From Patescibacteria group bacterium (GTDB lineage Bacteria > Patescibacteriota > Patescibacteriia > XYB2-FULL-38-15), in contig JBGSRW010000008.1 of assembly GCA_041737355.1 (NCBI GenBank), positions 24,466 through 88,465 of the forward strand: DNA of 64,000 nucleotides, read 5' to 3'. A program made the position numbers and the translations under genes. Under the pieces are notes generated by a model, which was given only the letters and a program-made list of their open reading frames with translations, had not been told where the DNA came from and did not search any database. Below, one piece after another: positions 8,227 to 17,305 of this stretch. The number at the start of each line of letters is the position of its first letter. The stretch's first letter is position 1.

Positions 8227-8637
8227 ATGGCACATAACAAGGTGCAAATTTATACCGACGGCGGGGCGCGGGGTAACCCCGGGCCGGCCGGAATCGGTGT
8301 CGTAATCTGGGATGGCAATAATTTGGTTGGAAGATATAAAAAATATTTGGGTGTGGCAACCAACAATCAGGCCGAATATAAGGCGGTAATTTTGGCGCTC
8401 GAGGAGGCGAAAAAAATCGGCGTTTCGGAATTGGAATTTTTTCTGGATAGTGAACTTGTCGTGAAACAGTTACGCCAGGAATACAAAGTTAAAGACAAGG
8501 AATTGGCGCCACTTTTTGTCCAGGCCTGGAATTTGGGTTTTAGTTTCAAAAAAATCACTTATACACATATCCCGCGGGAAAAAAATAAAGACGCGGATAA
8601 GTTAGTGAATGAGGCGATTGACGGCGGGACGCAATAG
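8227..8637 (+). CDS. rnhA: Ribonuclease HI
   Basis: YTDGGARGNPGPAGIG...NNQAEYKA...DSELVVKQ, 136 aa. Confidence 0.85.
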   Translation: MAHNKVQIYTDGGARGNPGPAGIGVVIWDGNNLVGRYKKYLGVATNNQAEYKAVILALEEAKKIGVSELEFFLDSELVVKQLRQEYKVKDKELAPLFVQAWNLGFSFKKITYTHIPREKNKDADKLVNEAIDGGTQ

Positions 8638-8643
8638 TTTTTT

Positions 8644-8654
8644 TGTGCTATAAT
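8644..8654 (+). promoter_or_regulatory. Extended -10 promoter TGTGCTATAAT; start codon 6 nt downstream suggests a leaderless mRNA
   Basis: TATAAT at 8649-8654, ATG at 8661. Confidence 0.4.
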
Positions 8655-8660
8655 ATAGCC

Positions 8661-10220
8661 ATGGAAAAGGCAAGAAAAATCCTTGGCAGCAAAATTTTTA
8701 AATTGGCGCTGATTTTATTTTTTGTATTTTTAATCGGCGCTTTTTTGTTAATTAGGGAAAAAGTAAATGAAGTCAGGGCCGGAGAAGACGATAATGTCGG
8801 AGGATGGGCATGGTCGGAAAATTTCGGCTGGTTTTCGGGAAATTGTTCAAATTTGGGATTGTGTCCGGACGATCCGCCACCGCCCTACAATTACGGATTA
8901 AACGTGGACAGCAGCGGAAATGTCACCGGATACCTTTGGTCGGAACATCTGGGATGGGTTCAGTTTGGCGGACTTTCGGGTATGCCCTCTCCTGGGCAGG
9001 CGTTGTTTGACAACGGGAGCGACCGGGTTTCCGGCTGGGCCAAGATTTTAGCTTTGGGTGACGACGGTTGGCTGAAACTCCGGGGTAATATAGCTGCCGC
9101 GGGAGGCGGCCCCTTAAGGCAATGCCTTGATTGCGACGACGTTCTGGACGGGGAAGGGAACCCGATAGATGTCGCTTGCCGGATTTGTTTCAAATCGGAA
9201 AATTACGGAGGGAGCGGAAACATTTGCAATAATTGTTCCGGGTGCGTCCGCGGAGCGGAGACTCAGTGCGGAAATTGTACCGATTGCAGCGTTTACGGGG
9301 TAGCTATTGACCGGCAGACCGGGAAAATGGTCGGATGGGCTTGGAATGGAAATTCTGATCCGGCCGCGGCCGTCGGAGCGGGGTGGGTAAATTTTTCTCC
9401 GACCGCCGGAGGGCTGGGTTTGGCCGCGCCATGGCTTGAAACGATATACGGAGAAATTTACGGTAAGCCATTCGTCCGGTCGCCCTCTGCGTTCGTGGAA
9501 GTACTCGGAAAATACAACGCGACTTACTGCGTCCTCACTACCAGACAGATAACCCATTTCACTAGTAAAGAAGGATGTCTTATCACGCCTTTTGAAAGTT
9601 TTGATTTTCCAAAAACAAGCAATCTTTACACCAATGTTTTCGGAAAAATTGATTTAGCCGGGATTTTAGCCGAAAAATATGGGACGGTGCAGAATATAAA
9701 CGACGAGTCGGGCATCCAGGATGTTTTAGCCGGAAAAGTTTATTTTCGCGACGGGGACTTAACAATTACCGGAAAAACTTTCAACAACGGAACTGGCGGC
9801 CAAAACGGCGCGGGTTTGATTGTGGTTAAGGGAAATTTGAATATTAACGGAGCTATCGCTTACCAAAATGCCGGAGTAACAAATTTGAAAAATTTGGCCT
9901 CGGTGGGATGGCTTGTCGTAAAACGCGATGACGGAACCGGTGGAAATATTATTATAAATCAGAACGTGGAAAATATGATCGGGGCATTTTACGCGGAAAA
10001 TGAGGTGACGACCGGAACCTCTGGCGACTGGCGGACCGATAAAGCATTAACGGTTCGTGGTTTGATTTTGGCCCATAAATTCAATTTTCAGCGTCTTTGG
10101 CAATCGGCAGCCCGCGGTTCGGAACAGATTGTATACGACGGACGGGTCTTGGCCAATACGCCTCCAGGGATGACGGATCTGATAAGAGCCTTACCGACTT
10201 GGCGGGAAGCGGCGCCATAA
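8661..10220 (+). CDS. Hypothetical signal-anchored surface/secreted protein with Trp/Gly-rich repeats, immediately upstream of the pilus genes
   Basis: N-terminal hydrophobic anchor KIFKLALILFFVFLIGAFLLI. Repeated motifs GGWAWSENFGWFSG, GYLWSEHLGWVQFGG, GWAKILALGDDGWLKLRG, GWAWNGNS...GAGWVNFS. Cys-rich mid region. ORF-track start 8643 (alternative start codon) replaced by ATG 8661. Confidence 0.7.
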   Translation: MEKARKILGSKIFKLALILFFVFLIGAFLLIREKVNEVRAGEDDNVGGWAWSENFGWFSGNCSNLGLCPDDPPPPYNYGLNVDSSGNVTGYLWSEHLGWVQFGGLSGMPSPGQALFDNGSDRVSGWAKILALGDDGWLKLRGNIAAAGGGPLRQCLDCDDVLDGEGNPIDVACRICFKSENYGGSGNICNNCSGCVRGAETQCGNCTDCSVYGVAIDRQTGKMVGWAWNGNSDPAAAVGAGWVNFSPTAGGLGLAAPWLETIYGEIYGKPFVRSPSAFVEVLGKYNATYCVLTTRQITHFTSKEGCLITPFESFDFPKTSNLYTNVFGKIDLAGILAEKYGTVQNINDESGIQDVLAGKVYFRDGDLTITGKTFNNGTGGQNGAGLIVVKGNLNINGAIAYQNAGVTNLKNLASVGWLVVKRDDGTGGNIIINQNVENMIGAFYAENEVTTGTSGDWRTDKALTVRGLILAHKFNFQRLWQSAARGSEQIVYDGRVLANTPPGMTDLIRALPTWREAAP

Positions 10221-10270
10221 AAAGTTCTGGGGATATTAATGCTTGCCAGAGTTGGTGGGCGGTCGGTTTT

Positions 10271-10281
10271 TGTGGTATAAT
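10271..10281 (+). promoter_or_regulatory. Extended -10 promoter TGTGGTATAAT upstream of pilM
   Basis: TGnTATAAT 34 nt upstream of ATG 10315. Confidence 0.4.
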
Positions 10282-10314
10282 ATTAAAAGTAAATTATCAA
10301 TAGTTAATCGATAT

Positions 10315-11400
10315 ATGCAAAAAAGTTATTTAGGCGTTGACCTCGGGGCAACCAGTATCAAAATCGTCGAATTGAAGGAAGAGGCCGGTCGGCCCAGGCT
10401 TCTTACTTACGGTTATACCGAACAGGCCGCCGGTTATCCGGAAAAAGAATTTACCGATACCCCAGAGAGATCAATCGATCTTATCAAACAGGTTTGCGTC
10501 AAAGCCAGAACCGTCTCGAAGCAAGCGGTTGCCGCACTTCCCTCCGCGTCCGTTTTCAGTTCGGTCATAAATATTCCGGCCGCGCCAGGCAAGGATTTGG
10601 CCGCCGCCGTGCAATGGGAGGCCAAAAAAATTATCCCACTGCCTCTTGAGGAAATGATTTTGGATTGGAAAATTTTAACTCCGGAAGGGGAGACGGCCGG
10701 GACCGCAGCGCCCGCTCCGGTAATACCTACGGTTCAGGCGTCCGCTCCGAAAACAACGCAAGTTTTGCTGACCGCCGCTGCAAAAACAATGGTCAAAAAG
10801 TATTTGGATATTTTTAAAGGTGCCGGGTTGAGCCTTGTCAGTCTTGAAACGGAAACGTTCGCCCTGATCAGATCTCTCGTCGGGATCGACAAGTCCACCG
10901 CGATTCTCGTGGATATGGGGGCGGCGAGTACGACTATTTCAATCGTTGAGAGCGGAATTCCATTTTTGAACCGTTCTTTGAATATCGGCGGACTGACAAT
11001 AACAAAAGAAATAGCGGCAAGTTTGGGTATCGATTTGAATCAGGCTGAACAGATGAAGTACGACGTCGGGATGGCGGGAGCGGGAACGGGCGGAGGAGGC
11101 GTACCAAAAATTATCGAGCGCGCCCTTTCGATGCTTTTGAACGAAATAAAATACTGTACCAATATTTATCAAAGCCAGGACAATACCAGGGGGCGCCGGA
11201 TAGAAAAAATCGTTTTGACCGGAGGAGCCGCCCTTTTGCCCGGTTTTCCGGACTATCTAGCCGGGGCGTTGAATACAAGAGTTTTTATAGGCAATCCCTG
11301 GGCAAGGGTTATTTACCCCGAGGAACTGAGACCAATTTTGGACCAGATCGGTCCTAAATTTTCCGTCGCAATCGGTTTGGCGATGAGGGAAATAGAGTAG
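10315..11400 (+). CDS. pilM: Type IV pilus assembly protein PilM (actin-like ATPase fold)
   Basis: MQKSYLGVDLGATSIKIVEL... is the PilM N-terminus. ORF-track start 10243 lies upstream of the promoter, so the start was reassigned to ATG 10315. Confidence 0.85.
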   Translation: MQKSYLGVDLGATSIKIVELKEEAGRPRLLTYGYTEQAAGYPEKEFTDTPERSIDLIKQVCVKARTVSKQAVAALPSASVFSSVINIPAAPGKDLAAAVQWEAKKIIPLPLEEMILDWKILTPEGETAGTAAPAPVIPTVQASAPKTTQVLLTAAAKTMVKKYLDIFKGAGLSLVSLETETFALIRSLVGIDKSTAILVDMGAASTTISIVESGIPFLNRSLNIGGLTITKEIAASLGIDLNQAEQMKYDVGMAGAGTGGGGVPKIIERALSMLLNEIKYCTNIYQSQDNTRGRRIEKIVLTGGAALLPGFPDYLAGALNTRVFIGNPWARVIYPEELRPILDQIGPKFSVAIGLAMREIE

Positions 11401-11435
11401 CCGATAATTCGAGGAAAATTAAAATTTTCGTTTTT

Positions 11436-12416
11436 ATGCCGAACGGCAATAAAAATAACGGAAAGAAGGAGATTGAATTGCTCCCGGCAGAATTCAGGAG
11501 GCCAGAAGAAAAAAAGAGACGGGAGGAAAGGCCGGAAGTGAAATTATTTATTCCTCCGGCGGAAGCTAAATCTCAAAGGGAAACCTTTACGGGGAGGTTT
11601 TTTGGTACAAGAGAAACGCCGAAGCCGGTTGAAAATAAAAATGTTCGTGAAGAAACGGATATGTCGGTCTTCAAAATGCAAAAAGAGCCGAGAAAACCCC
11701 TCCAGCCCCCACCGCCTCCGCCGCCGCCACGTTCGGTTCCGCCTCCGGTCGCTTTGCGCCAAGCTCCTCAGATAAAAAAAGAACCTCTCCCGCCGCCAAA
11801 ATTACCGCCGCAATCAGCCGGAAAAGGTATTGTTTCGTCTAAAAACAGAATGGGAGGGATTACCCTGATTCCCGAAGAAAAAACATCTCCCAAGGAAGCG
11901 GCGAGACCCAAGCAAAAAGTTATTCTTGCGGTAATGGTGATTATTTTGGTCGCCATTTTAGGCGGAGTTTTTGGAATATTGGCGTGGTATTCGGGAGCGG
12001 CAAAAAATGAGTTAGCAAAGATAGAAAAAGATGTCGCCGCGGTAGAACAACAAATCAAAAATTTGGATGAAGCCAAAAATCGCGCCCAGACATTACAAAA
12101 GCAATTTCAAATTGCCGAGAAACTTTTGAATAGCCATGTTTACTGGACCGGGGTTTATTCTTTTCTTGAAAAAAATACCATCCCGGAAGTCTATTTTAAA
12201 AATTTTGTCGGCGGAAGCGACGGGCAGATCAGTATGTCTGGGGTAGCGAAAAGTTACAAGGCGGTTGCCGGCCAGATAGTTTCTTTGCGCGAAGCGGAAA
12301 AAGTGGAAAAAGTTTCCATTACTAGCGCGTCGGCAAGTGTTTCTCCGACAGGGGAGACAGCCGAAGTAAATTTTGACGTCAAATTAAAATTAAATCCGGA
12401 GATATTTTTAAAATAA
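11436..12416 (+). CDS. pilN: PilN-like pilus assembly protein with a long Pro-rich cytoplasmic insertion
   Basis: N-terminal EIELLPAEFRR (PilN-type xxLLP PilM-binding motif), then about 160 aa of Pro/Lys-rich low complexity (PPPPPPPPRSVPPP), a single TM (VILAVMVIILVAILGGVFGILAW), a coiled coil and a periplasmic domain. Position between pilM and pilO supports the call. Confidence 0.6.
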   Translation: MPNGNKNNGKKEIELLPAEFRRPEEKKRREERPEVKLFIPPAEAKSQRETFTGRFFGTRETPKPVENKNVREETDMSVFKMQKEPRKPLQPPPPPPPPRSVPPPVALRQAPQIKKEPLPPPKLPPQSAGKGIVSSKNRMGGITLIPEEKTSPKEAARPKQKVILAVMVIILVAILGGVFGILAWYSGAAKNELAKIEKDVAAVEQQIKNLDEAKNRAQTLQKQFQIAEKLLNSHVYWTGVYSFLEKNTIPEVYFKNFVGGSDGQISMSGVAKSYKAVAGQIVSLREAEKVEKVSITSASASVSPTGETAEVNFDVKLKLNPEIFLK

Positions 12417-12419
12417 AAT

Positions 12420-13004
12420 ATGGCCGAAAAATCGGAAGTAAAAAAAGAAGAAAAATCCAAGGAAAAAACCTCCATCGTTCTTTTTATTTTTTTGGCAGTG
12501 GCGGTTTTCGCAGCTCTTTCATATTTTTTGGTTTGGCCTCAATACGAAAAATTTTCCCAGACTAAAAATAAAATTACGGCGGAAAAGGCTCGGCTTGATG
12601 ACCAAAAAGCAACGCTGGCAAATATAAATAAAATGATTGCCAATTACGAGGCGATCGGTCAGGCGAACCGGGAGAAACTGGCCTCGATGCTGCCGGAAAC
12701 GACAGACGAGCCGGGATTGTTTGTTCTTTTCGAAGCACTGGCAATAAAAAATAAAATGGCGCTTTTGGCCTTGGATATAAGCGAGAAGGACGTTTCGGCT
12801 GATTTAAAAAACTTAGGGGTGAAAGAGGTTAACATCGCCGCCAATCTGACGGGGGGAGGTTACGCCGACTTTAAAAATTTGCTTGCGGATTTGGAAACAA
12901 ATTTAAGGCTTATGGATATTACGGCAATAAATTATACCCCAGACCCTTCTTCGCTGACGCTCAACGTAAAAACTTACCGTCTGAATAATTCTCCGGCTAA
13001 ATAG
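12420..13004 (+). CDS. pilO: PilO-like pilus assembly protein
   Basis: N-terminal TM, coiled coil, C-terminal PilO-like domain. Operon position after pilN. Confidence 0.6.
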   Translation: MAEKSEVKKEEKSKEKTSIVLFIFLAVAVFAALSYFLVWPQYEKFSQTKNKITAEKARLDDQKATLANINKMIANYEAIGQANREKLASMLPETTDEPGLFVLFEALAIKNKMALLALDISEKDVSADLKNLGVKEVNIAANLTGGGYADFKNLLADLETNLRLMDITAINYTPDPSSLTLNVKTYRLNNSPAK

Positions 13005-13019
13005 ATTTAAGAGGCACAT

Positions 13020-13262
13020 ATGAATAAAAAAATTATTTATTTAGCGGGCTTAGCGTTAATTTTAGGAATTGGCGGCTATTTTTTATATAGCTTGCTTCTT
13101 CCGGGCGGAGATATTCCGGCGACCGGAACGGCTAAAAATTTTGAATTCAAGTTTAAAACAAAGATTTTTTCTGATCAGAAATTTTCTGATCTAAAAAATA
13201 ATATAAATTTACCGGTAAAAGCCGGCGAAAAAGGGAAGACTAACCCGTTCATGAAATTTTAG
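13020..13262 (+). CDS. Small membrane-anchored protein in the pilus operon (possible PilP-like)
   Basis: 80 aa, N-terminal TM (IIYLAGLALILGIGGYFLYSLL). Lies between pilO and pilB. Confidence 0.4.
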   Translation: MNKKIIYLAGLALILGIGGYFLYSLLLPGGDIPATGTAKNFEFKFKTKIFSDQKFSDLKNNINLPVKAGEKGKTNPFMKF

Positions 13263-13265
13263 TGT

Positions 13266-14999
13266 ATGGCAAGTCCGTTGCTCAATCTTCTGGTGGAAGA
13301 AAAATTTATAGAGAAGGACACGGCGCAGGCAATTGTTGAAGAGAGCCAGAAAACCGGAAAAAGCGTAGAATCAATCATCGAAGAATCCGGCGCCGTTGAA
13401 GAGGAAAAATTGGCCGAAACAAGGGGCCGGATTTTTAATTTGCCATACGCAAATCTTGTCGGCCGGGAAATAAAATTCGAAGACCTGAATATAATCCCGA
13501 AGGACGTAGCGGAAAATAACCAAGTAATATCTTTTGAACAAATCGACGGGGAAGTCAGTGTCGGCATAGTTGATCCTAAAAATATCTCCGCCATGGAGGC
13601 CTTGCAGTTTTTGGCCAAGGAAAAAAATTTTTCTATAAAATATTTCGCGATATCCCACACAAGTTTCAAGGATGCCGCCAAAAAATATGAAATTTTGAAA
13701 AAAGAGGTTGAAAAAGTTTTGGAAATTGCTAAAGAAAGATTTACGTCGGAGGAAAAGGCTATCGAAGAGGTTCCTTTGGGGCAGATTGAGGAAGTGATCA
13801 AAAAGGCGCCCGTTTCCAAGATGGTCGCGATGATAATGAAGTATGCTGTTGACAATAAGGCGTCGGATATTCACATAGAGCCGGGTTTTAAGGAATCCAG
13901 GGTTCGCTACAGGGTTGATGGTGTTTTGAAAGGGAGATTGGCTCTTCCGGCTTACATTCATGCCGCGGTTGTTGCGAGAATTAAAGTTTTGGCAAATTTG
14001 AAACTGGACGAAACAAGAATTCCCCAAGACGGGAGAATTCGTCAGGCAATCGGAGGGAGGAATGTCGATTTTCGTATTTCAACTCTTCCGTTGATGGATC
14101 AGGAAAAAGTCGTAATGAGGGTGCTCGAAACGGCAAGCCGGGCCGCTTCGCTCGAGAATCTCGGTTTCCGCGGTCGGGCGGTCGAAGTTATTTCGAGAGA
14201 GATAAAAAAACCGCACGGTCTATTGCTTGTGACCGGTCCGACCGGGTCGGGGAAGTCGACAACTCTTTATACGGCCTTAAGCATGGTTAACCGTGAGGGA
14301 ATAAATATAGTAACACTTGAAGATCCTATTGAATATTATATCGAGGGGGTCAACCAATCTCAGATAAGGCCGGAAATCGGTTTTACTTTCGCGGCCGGAC
14401 TCAGGGCGCTTTTGCGCCAGGATCCGAATATTATCATGGTCGGAGAAATCCGCGACAGTGAAACGGCTGAACTCGCGATTCACGCGGCATTAACAGGACA
14501 TTTAATTTTTTCGACTTTGCACACCAACGACGCGGCCGGAGCAATTCCCCGCCTGATTGATATGAAAGTAGAACCATTTTTGCTTTCCTCGACGCTCAAT
14601 GCCATTGTAGCCCAGCGTTTGGTAAGAAAAATTTGCCCTTACTGCAAAGAACAAATCGATGCGCCGGAGGAAGTCGTAGCTGATTTCAGGAAAGAATTGG
14701 TTACTGTGCCAAAAAGATTCGTGCCCAAGGATATAGACATAAGCAAAAAGATTTCTTTATGGCATGGAGTCGGCTGCGCCCGTTGCGGAAACGAGGGATA
14801 CAGCGGACGGGTTGTTATTTCCGAAGTTATTGAAGCAACCGAAAATTTGAGGCAAATCATCGCCACGGGTTTTAATATAAAAAGTCTTAATGAGGAAATG
14901 GAGCGGCAGGGAGTTATTTCCATGAAGCAGGACGGATATCTGAAAGTTCTCGAGGGTTTGACGACAATTGAAGAAGTGATGAGGGCAACCCAGGAATAG
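13266..14999 (+). CDS. pilB: Type IV pilus assembly ATPase PilB (GspE family)
   Basis: Walker A GPTGSGKSTTLY, GspE N-terminal domain, C-terminal tetracysteine CPYC...CARCG. 577 aa. Confidence 0.9.
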   Translation: MASPLLNLLVEEKFIEKDTAQAIVEESQKTGKSVESIIEESGAVEEEKLAETRGRIFNLPYANLVGREIKFEDLNIIPKDVAENNQVISFEQIDGEVSVGIVDPKNISAMEALQFLAKEKNFSIKYFAISHTSFKDAAKKYEILKKEVEKVLEIAKERFTSEEKAIEEVPLGQIEEVIKKAPVSKMVAMIMKYAVDNKASDIHIEPGFKESRVRYRVDGVLKGRLALPAYIHAAVVARIKVLANLKLDETRIPQDGRIRQAIGGRNVDFRISTLPLMDQEKVVMRVLETASRAASLENLGFRGRAVEVISREIKKPHGLLLVTGPTGSGKSTTLYTALSMVNREGINIVTLEDPIEYYIEGVNQSQIRPEIGFTFAAGLRALLRQDPNIIMVGEIRDSETAELAIHAALTGHLIFSTLHTNDAAGAIPRLIDMKVEPFLLSSTLNAIVAQRLVRKICPYCKEQIDAPEEVVADFRKELVTVPKRFVPKDIDISKKISLWHGVGCARCGNEGYSGRVVISEVIEATENLRQIIATGFNIKSLNEEMERQGVISMKQDGYLKVLEGLTTIEEVMRATQE

Positions 15000-15023
15000 T
15001 TTCCGGAAATTGGCGAAATTTTT

Positions 15024-16109
15024 ATGGCGATAGACATAAATTTGGACAAATATTTGGCGAAAATCCCTTTTTTTAACAGGATTCCGCCGAAAGATTTGGT
15101 TATTTTTTCTCGGCAGTTATCTGTTATGATTTCTGCCGATGTTCCGATTGTTCAGGCCCTCAAGGTTCTTGTCCGCCAAACGGCAAATAATAATTTGAAA
15201 ACGGTAGTGGCTAATCTTGCTGCGGACGTCGAGGGGGGCACAAAATTTTCCGCGGCACTTTCGCGTTATCCCGATACTTTCAGCGATTTTTTCATAAACA
15301 TCGTCCGTTCCGGGGAAACGACGGGAAAACTTGATGAAGTTTTGGACTATTTGGCTACCCAACAGGAAAGAGATTACGATTTATCAAGCAAAATAAAAGG
15401 CGCCATGATTTATCCGGCGTTTATTTTATTTGGGCTTATTGCCGTCGGGACGGTGATGATGATTTTTGTTATCCCTAAATTAACCGATATTTTAAAGGAA
15501 ACGGGAGCGACATTGCCTCTCTCGACGAGAATTTTGATTGGAACTTCCGATATTATGAAAAATTACTGGTGGGCGCTTCTGATCGGTTTGGTAGCTTTTG
15601 TCGGCGGATTAAGATATCTAATTGCCCTGCCCTTGGGCAGGAAATATTGGGACACCATGAAATTAAAGCTTCCGATTTTCGGCCAGCTTTTTAAGAGAAT
15701 TTACATGGTCCGTTTTACGCGCGGACTTTCAACCCTCTTGACCGGAGGGGTGGAAATTGTCGGCAGTTTGAAAATAGCCGGAGCAATTGTTGGCAATGCT
15801 GTTTACCAAGATTTGATTTTACAGACTGTCCGCGAGGTGGAAGACGGCAATCCGATAACTACAGTTTTTGCAAAAAGCAAAGAAATTCCCGTGATGGTAA
15901 CCCAAATGCTCGGCATCGGCGAGCAGACAGGCAAAATCGACGCTATTTTGGCCCGCCTGACGGATTTTTACACCCGCGAAATAGAAAACATGGTCAGAAA
16001 TTTAACGACGATCATGGAACCGCTGATCATGCTTTTCATGGGCGTGGCGGTCGGCATCATGGTTGCGGCGATTATTTTGCCGATGTACAATCTGGCATCG
16101 CAATTTTAG
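15024..16109 (+). CDS. pilC: Type IV pilus platform protein PilC (GspF family)
   Basis: Two GspF repeats, three TM segments, 361 aa. Immediately downstream of pilB. Confidence 0.9.
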   Translation: MAIDINLDKYLAKIPFFNRIPPKDLVIFSRQLSVMISADVPIVQALKVLVRQTANNNLKTVVANLAADVEGGTKFSAALSRYPDTFSDFFINIVRSGETTGKLDEVLDYLATQQERDYDLSSKIKGAMIYPAFILFGLIAVGTVMMIFVIPKLTDILKETGATLPLSTRILIGTSDIMKNYWWALLIGLVAFVGGLRYLIALPLGRKYWDTMKLKLPIFGQLFKRIYMVRFTRGLSTLLTGGVEIVGSLKIAGAIVGNAVYQDLILQTVREVEDGNPITTVFAKSKEIPVMVTQMLGIGEQTGKIDAILARLTDFYTREIENMVRNLTTIMEPLIMLFMGVAVGIMVAAIILPMYNLASQF

Positions 16110-16111
16110 AC

Positions 16112-16121
16112 GTGCTATAAT
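16112..16121 (+). promoter_or_regulatory. Extended -10 promoter (GTGCTATAAT) upstream of pilin gene 1
   Basis: TGcTATAAT about 84 nt upstream of ATG 16205. Strong RBS AAAGGAGGTGA precedes the gene. Confidence 0.4.
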
Positions 16122-16188
16122 TTATAAATGTGGATAATTGAATATTTAAATCCTATGCTCGTGACTTAGAAGCTTAAAGCCGCGAGCC

Positions 16189-16368
16189 GAAAGGAGGTGA
16201 AAGAATGTTTAAAAATAAAAAAGGTTTCACTTTGATCGAATTGTTGGTGGTTATCGCCATCATCGGTCTTCTCTCGACTTTGGCGGTCGTTGCCTTGAGC
16301 AGCGCCAGAACCAAAGCCAGAGACGCGAAAAGAACTGCCGACATGAAGCAGGTTCAGACAGCCATGGA
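16189..16368 (+). repeat. 180-bp direct repeat copy 1: RBS plus first ~55 codons of pilin gene 1
   Basis: Near-identical to 16740-16919 (a few mismatches). Covers the SD, signal peptide and conserved N-terminal helix. Confidence 0.85.
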
Positions 16369-16648
16369 GCTCTATTATAATACTAATAGCGCTTATCCTT
16401 CATGCGCCGCCGGTACATTGGTTTCGGCTTGCGCCGCCTTAGCACCTGATTACTTGCCGGGCGTTTTGACCCTGAAAGATCCGGGTGGAGTTGCCGGTGC
16501 TTGCGCCGATCCGGCAGCAGCGAAATGTAACTACGCCTTTGGTACTGCCGCAGCGAACGAAGGCTATAGAATTACTTTCTGGCTTGAAGGAGCGACCGGA
16601 GATTTGGCTGCCGGAGCCCACAGAGTTACGGCTATGGGAATCCAGTAA
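16205..16648 (+). CDS. pilA: Type IV major pilin (prepilin, class III signal)
   Basis: MFKNKKGFTLIELLVVIAIIGLLSTLAVVALS is the canonical G|FTLIE prepilin cleavage and N-methylation motif. 147 aa. Confidence 0.85.
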   Translation: MFKNKKGFTLIELLVVIAIIGLLSTLAVVALSSARTKARDAKRTADMKQVQTAMELYYNTNSAYPSCAAGTLVSACAALAPDYLPGVLTLKDPGGVAGACADPAAAKCNYAFGTAAANEGYRITFWLEGATGDLAAGAHRVTAMGIQ

Positions 16649-16674
16649 ATTTTGTCTCGAAATTTCGAGAAAAA

Positions 16675-16700
16675 CTCCCCGCGAGGGGAGTTTTTGTTTT
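16675..16700 (+). terminator. Rho-independent terminator after pilin gene 1
   Basis: CTCCCCGCGAGGGGAG hairpin followed by TTTTTGTTTT. Preceded by the palindrome TCTCGAAATTTCGAGA (16655-16670). Confidence 0.7.
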
Positions 16701-16714
16701 GGGACATTTTGTAG

Positions 16715-16720
16715 TATAAT
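16715..16720 (+). promoter_or_regulatory. -10 element TATAAT upstream of pilin gene 2
   Basis: TTGTAGTATAAT about 35 nt upstream of ATG 16756. Duplicated RBS AAAGGAGGTGA. Confidence 0.35.
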
Positions 16721-16739
16721 TAATTTAATATACCAAAAA

Positions 16740-16919
16740 GAAAGGAGGTGAAAGAATGTTTAAAAATAAAAAAGGTTTCACTTTGATCGAATTGTTGGTG
16801 GTTATCGCCATCATCGGTCTTCTCTCGACTTTGGCGGTCGTTGCCTTGAGCAGCGCGAGAACCAAAGCCAGAGATTCAAAACGCGTGGCCGACATGAAGC
16901 AGGTTCAGACAGCCATGGA
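16740..16919 (+). repeat. 180-bp direct repeat copy 2 (5' part of pilin gene 2)
   Basis: See 16189-16368. Confidence 0.85.
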
Positions 16920-17217
16920 AATGGTTTTCAGCGAAGCCAACAGCTACGCCTTGGCTGGATGCACAACGGCCGGTAATAAGGTCAGCCTCTGCACCACGCC
17001 GCTCTCAACTTATTTGCCGAACGTCGCCAATCTTAAGGATCCGAAGGGGTTAAGCGCTTGCGCCGTAGCTTGTGATGGAACAATCACCGCGGCCTGCGAT
17101 TACTCGGTTAAAACCGTGCCGACTGCAAGTACTTACGAGTTTTGTTTCTATTTGGAAACAGCTACGGGCGATTTAGCGGCCGGAGCCCATAAAGTTACGC
17201 CAGCTGGGATTCAATAG
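16756..17217 (+). CDS. pilA: Type IV major pilin paralog 2
   Basis: N-terminal 50 aa identical to pilin 1. Divergent central and C-terminal domain with a conserved end ...TGDLAAGAHKVT. 153 aa. Confidence 0.85.
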   Translation: MFKNKKGFTLIELLVVIAIIGLLSTLAVVALSSARTKARDSKRVADMKQVQTAMEMVFSEANSYALAGCTTAGNKVSLCTTPLSTYLPNVANLKDPKGLSACAVACDGTITAACDYSVKTVPTASTYEFCFYLETATGDLAAGAHKVTPAGIQ

Positions 17218-17244
17218 CCGAATTTTTGATGCATCAAAACAAAA

Positions 17245-17275
17245 GCCCTTTTATCAGGGTTTTTGTTTTTTTTAT
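17245..17275 (+). terminator. Rho-independent terminator after pilin gene 2
   Basis: GCCCT-TTTATC-AGGGT stem extended by A/U pairs, then TTTTTGTTTTTTTT. Confidence 0.5.
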
Positions 17276-17283
17276 AAGGTTTT

Positions 17284-17294
17284 TGTGCTATAAT
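17284..17294 (+). promoter_or_regulatory. Extended -10 promoter TGTGCTATAAT upstream of pilD
   Basis: TGnTATAAT 145 nt upstream of pilD ATG 17439. Confidence 0.45.
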
Positions 17295-17305
17295 TTAATA
17301 ATATG

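Noticed and set aside
10243-10314. ORF-track start of pilM at 10243 (MPELVGGRFLWYNIKSKLSIVNRY...)
   Set aside because: It begins upstream of the TGTGGTATAAT promoter with a non-ATG codon. ATG 10315 gives the conserved PilM N-terminus.
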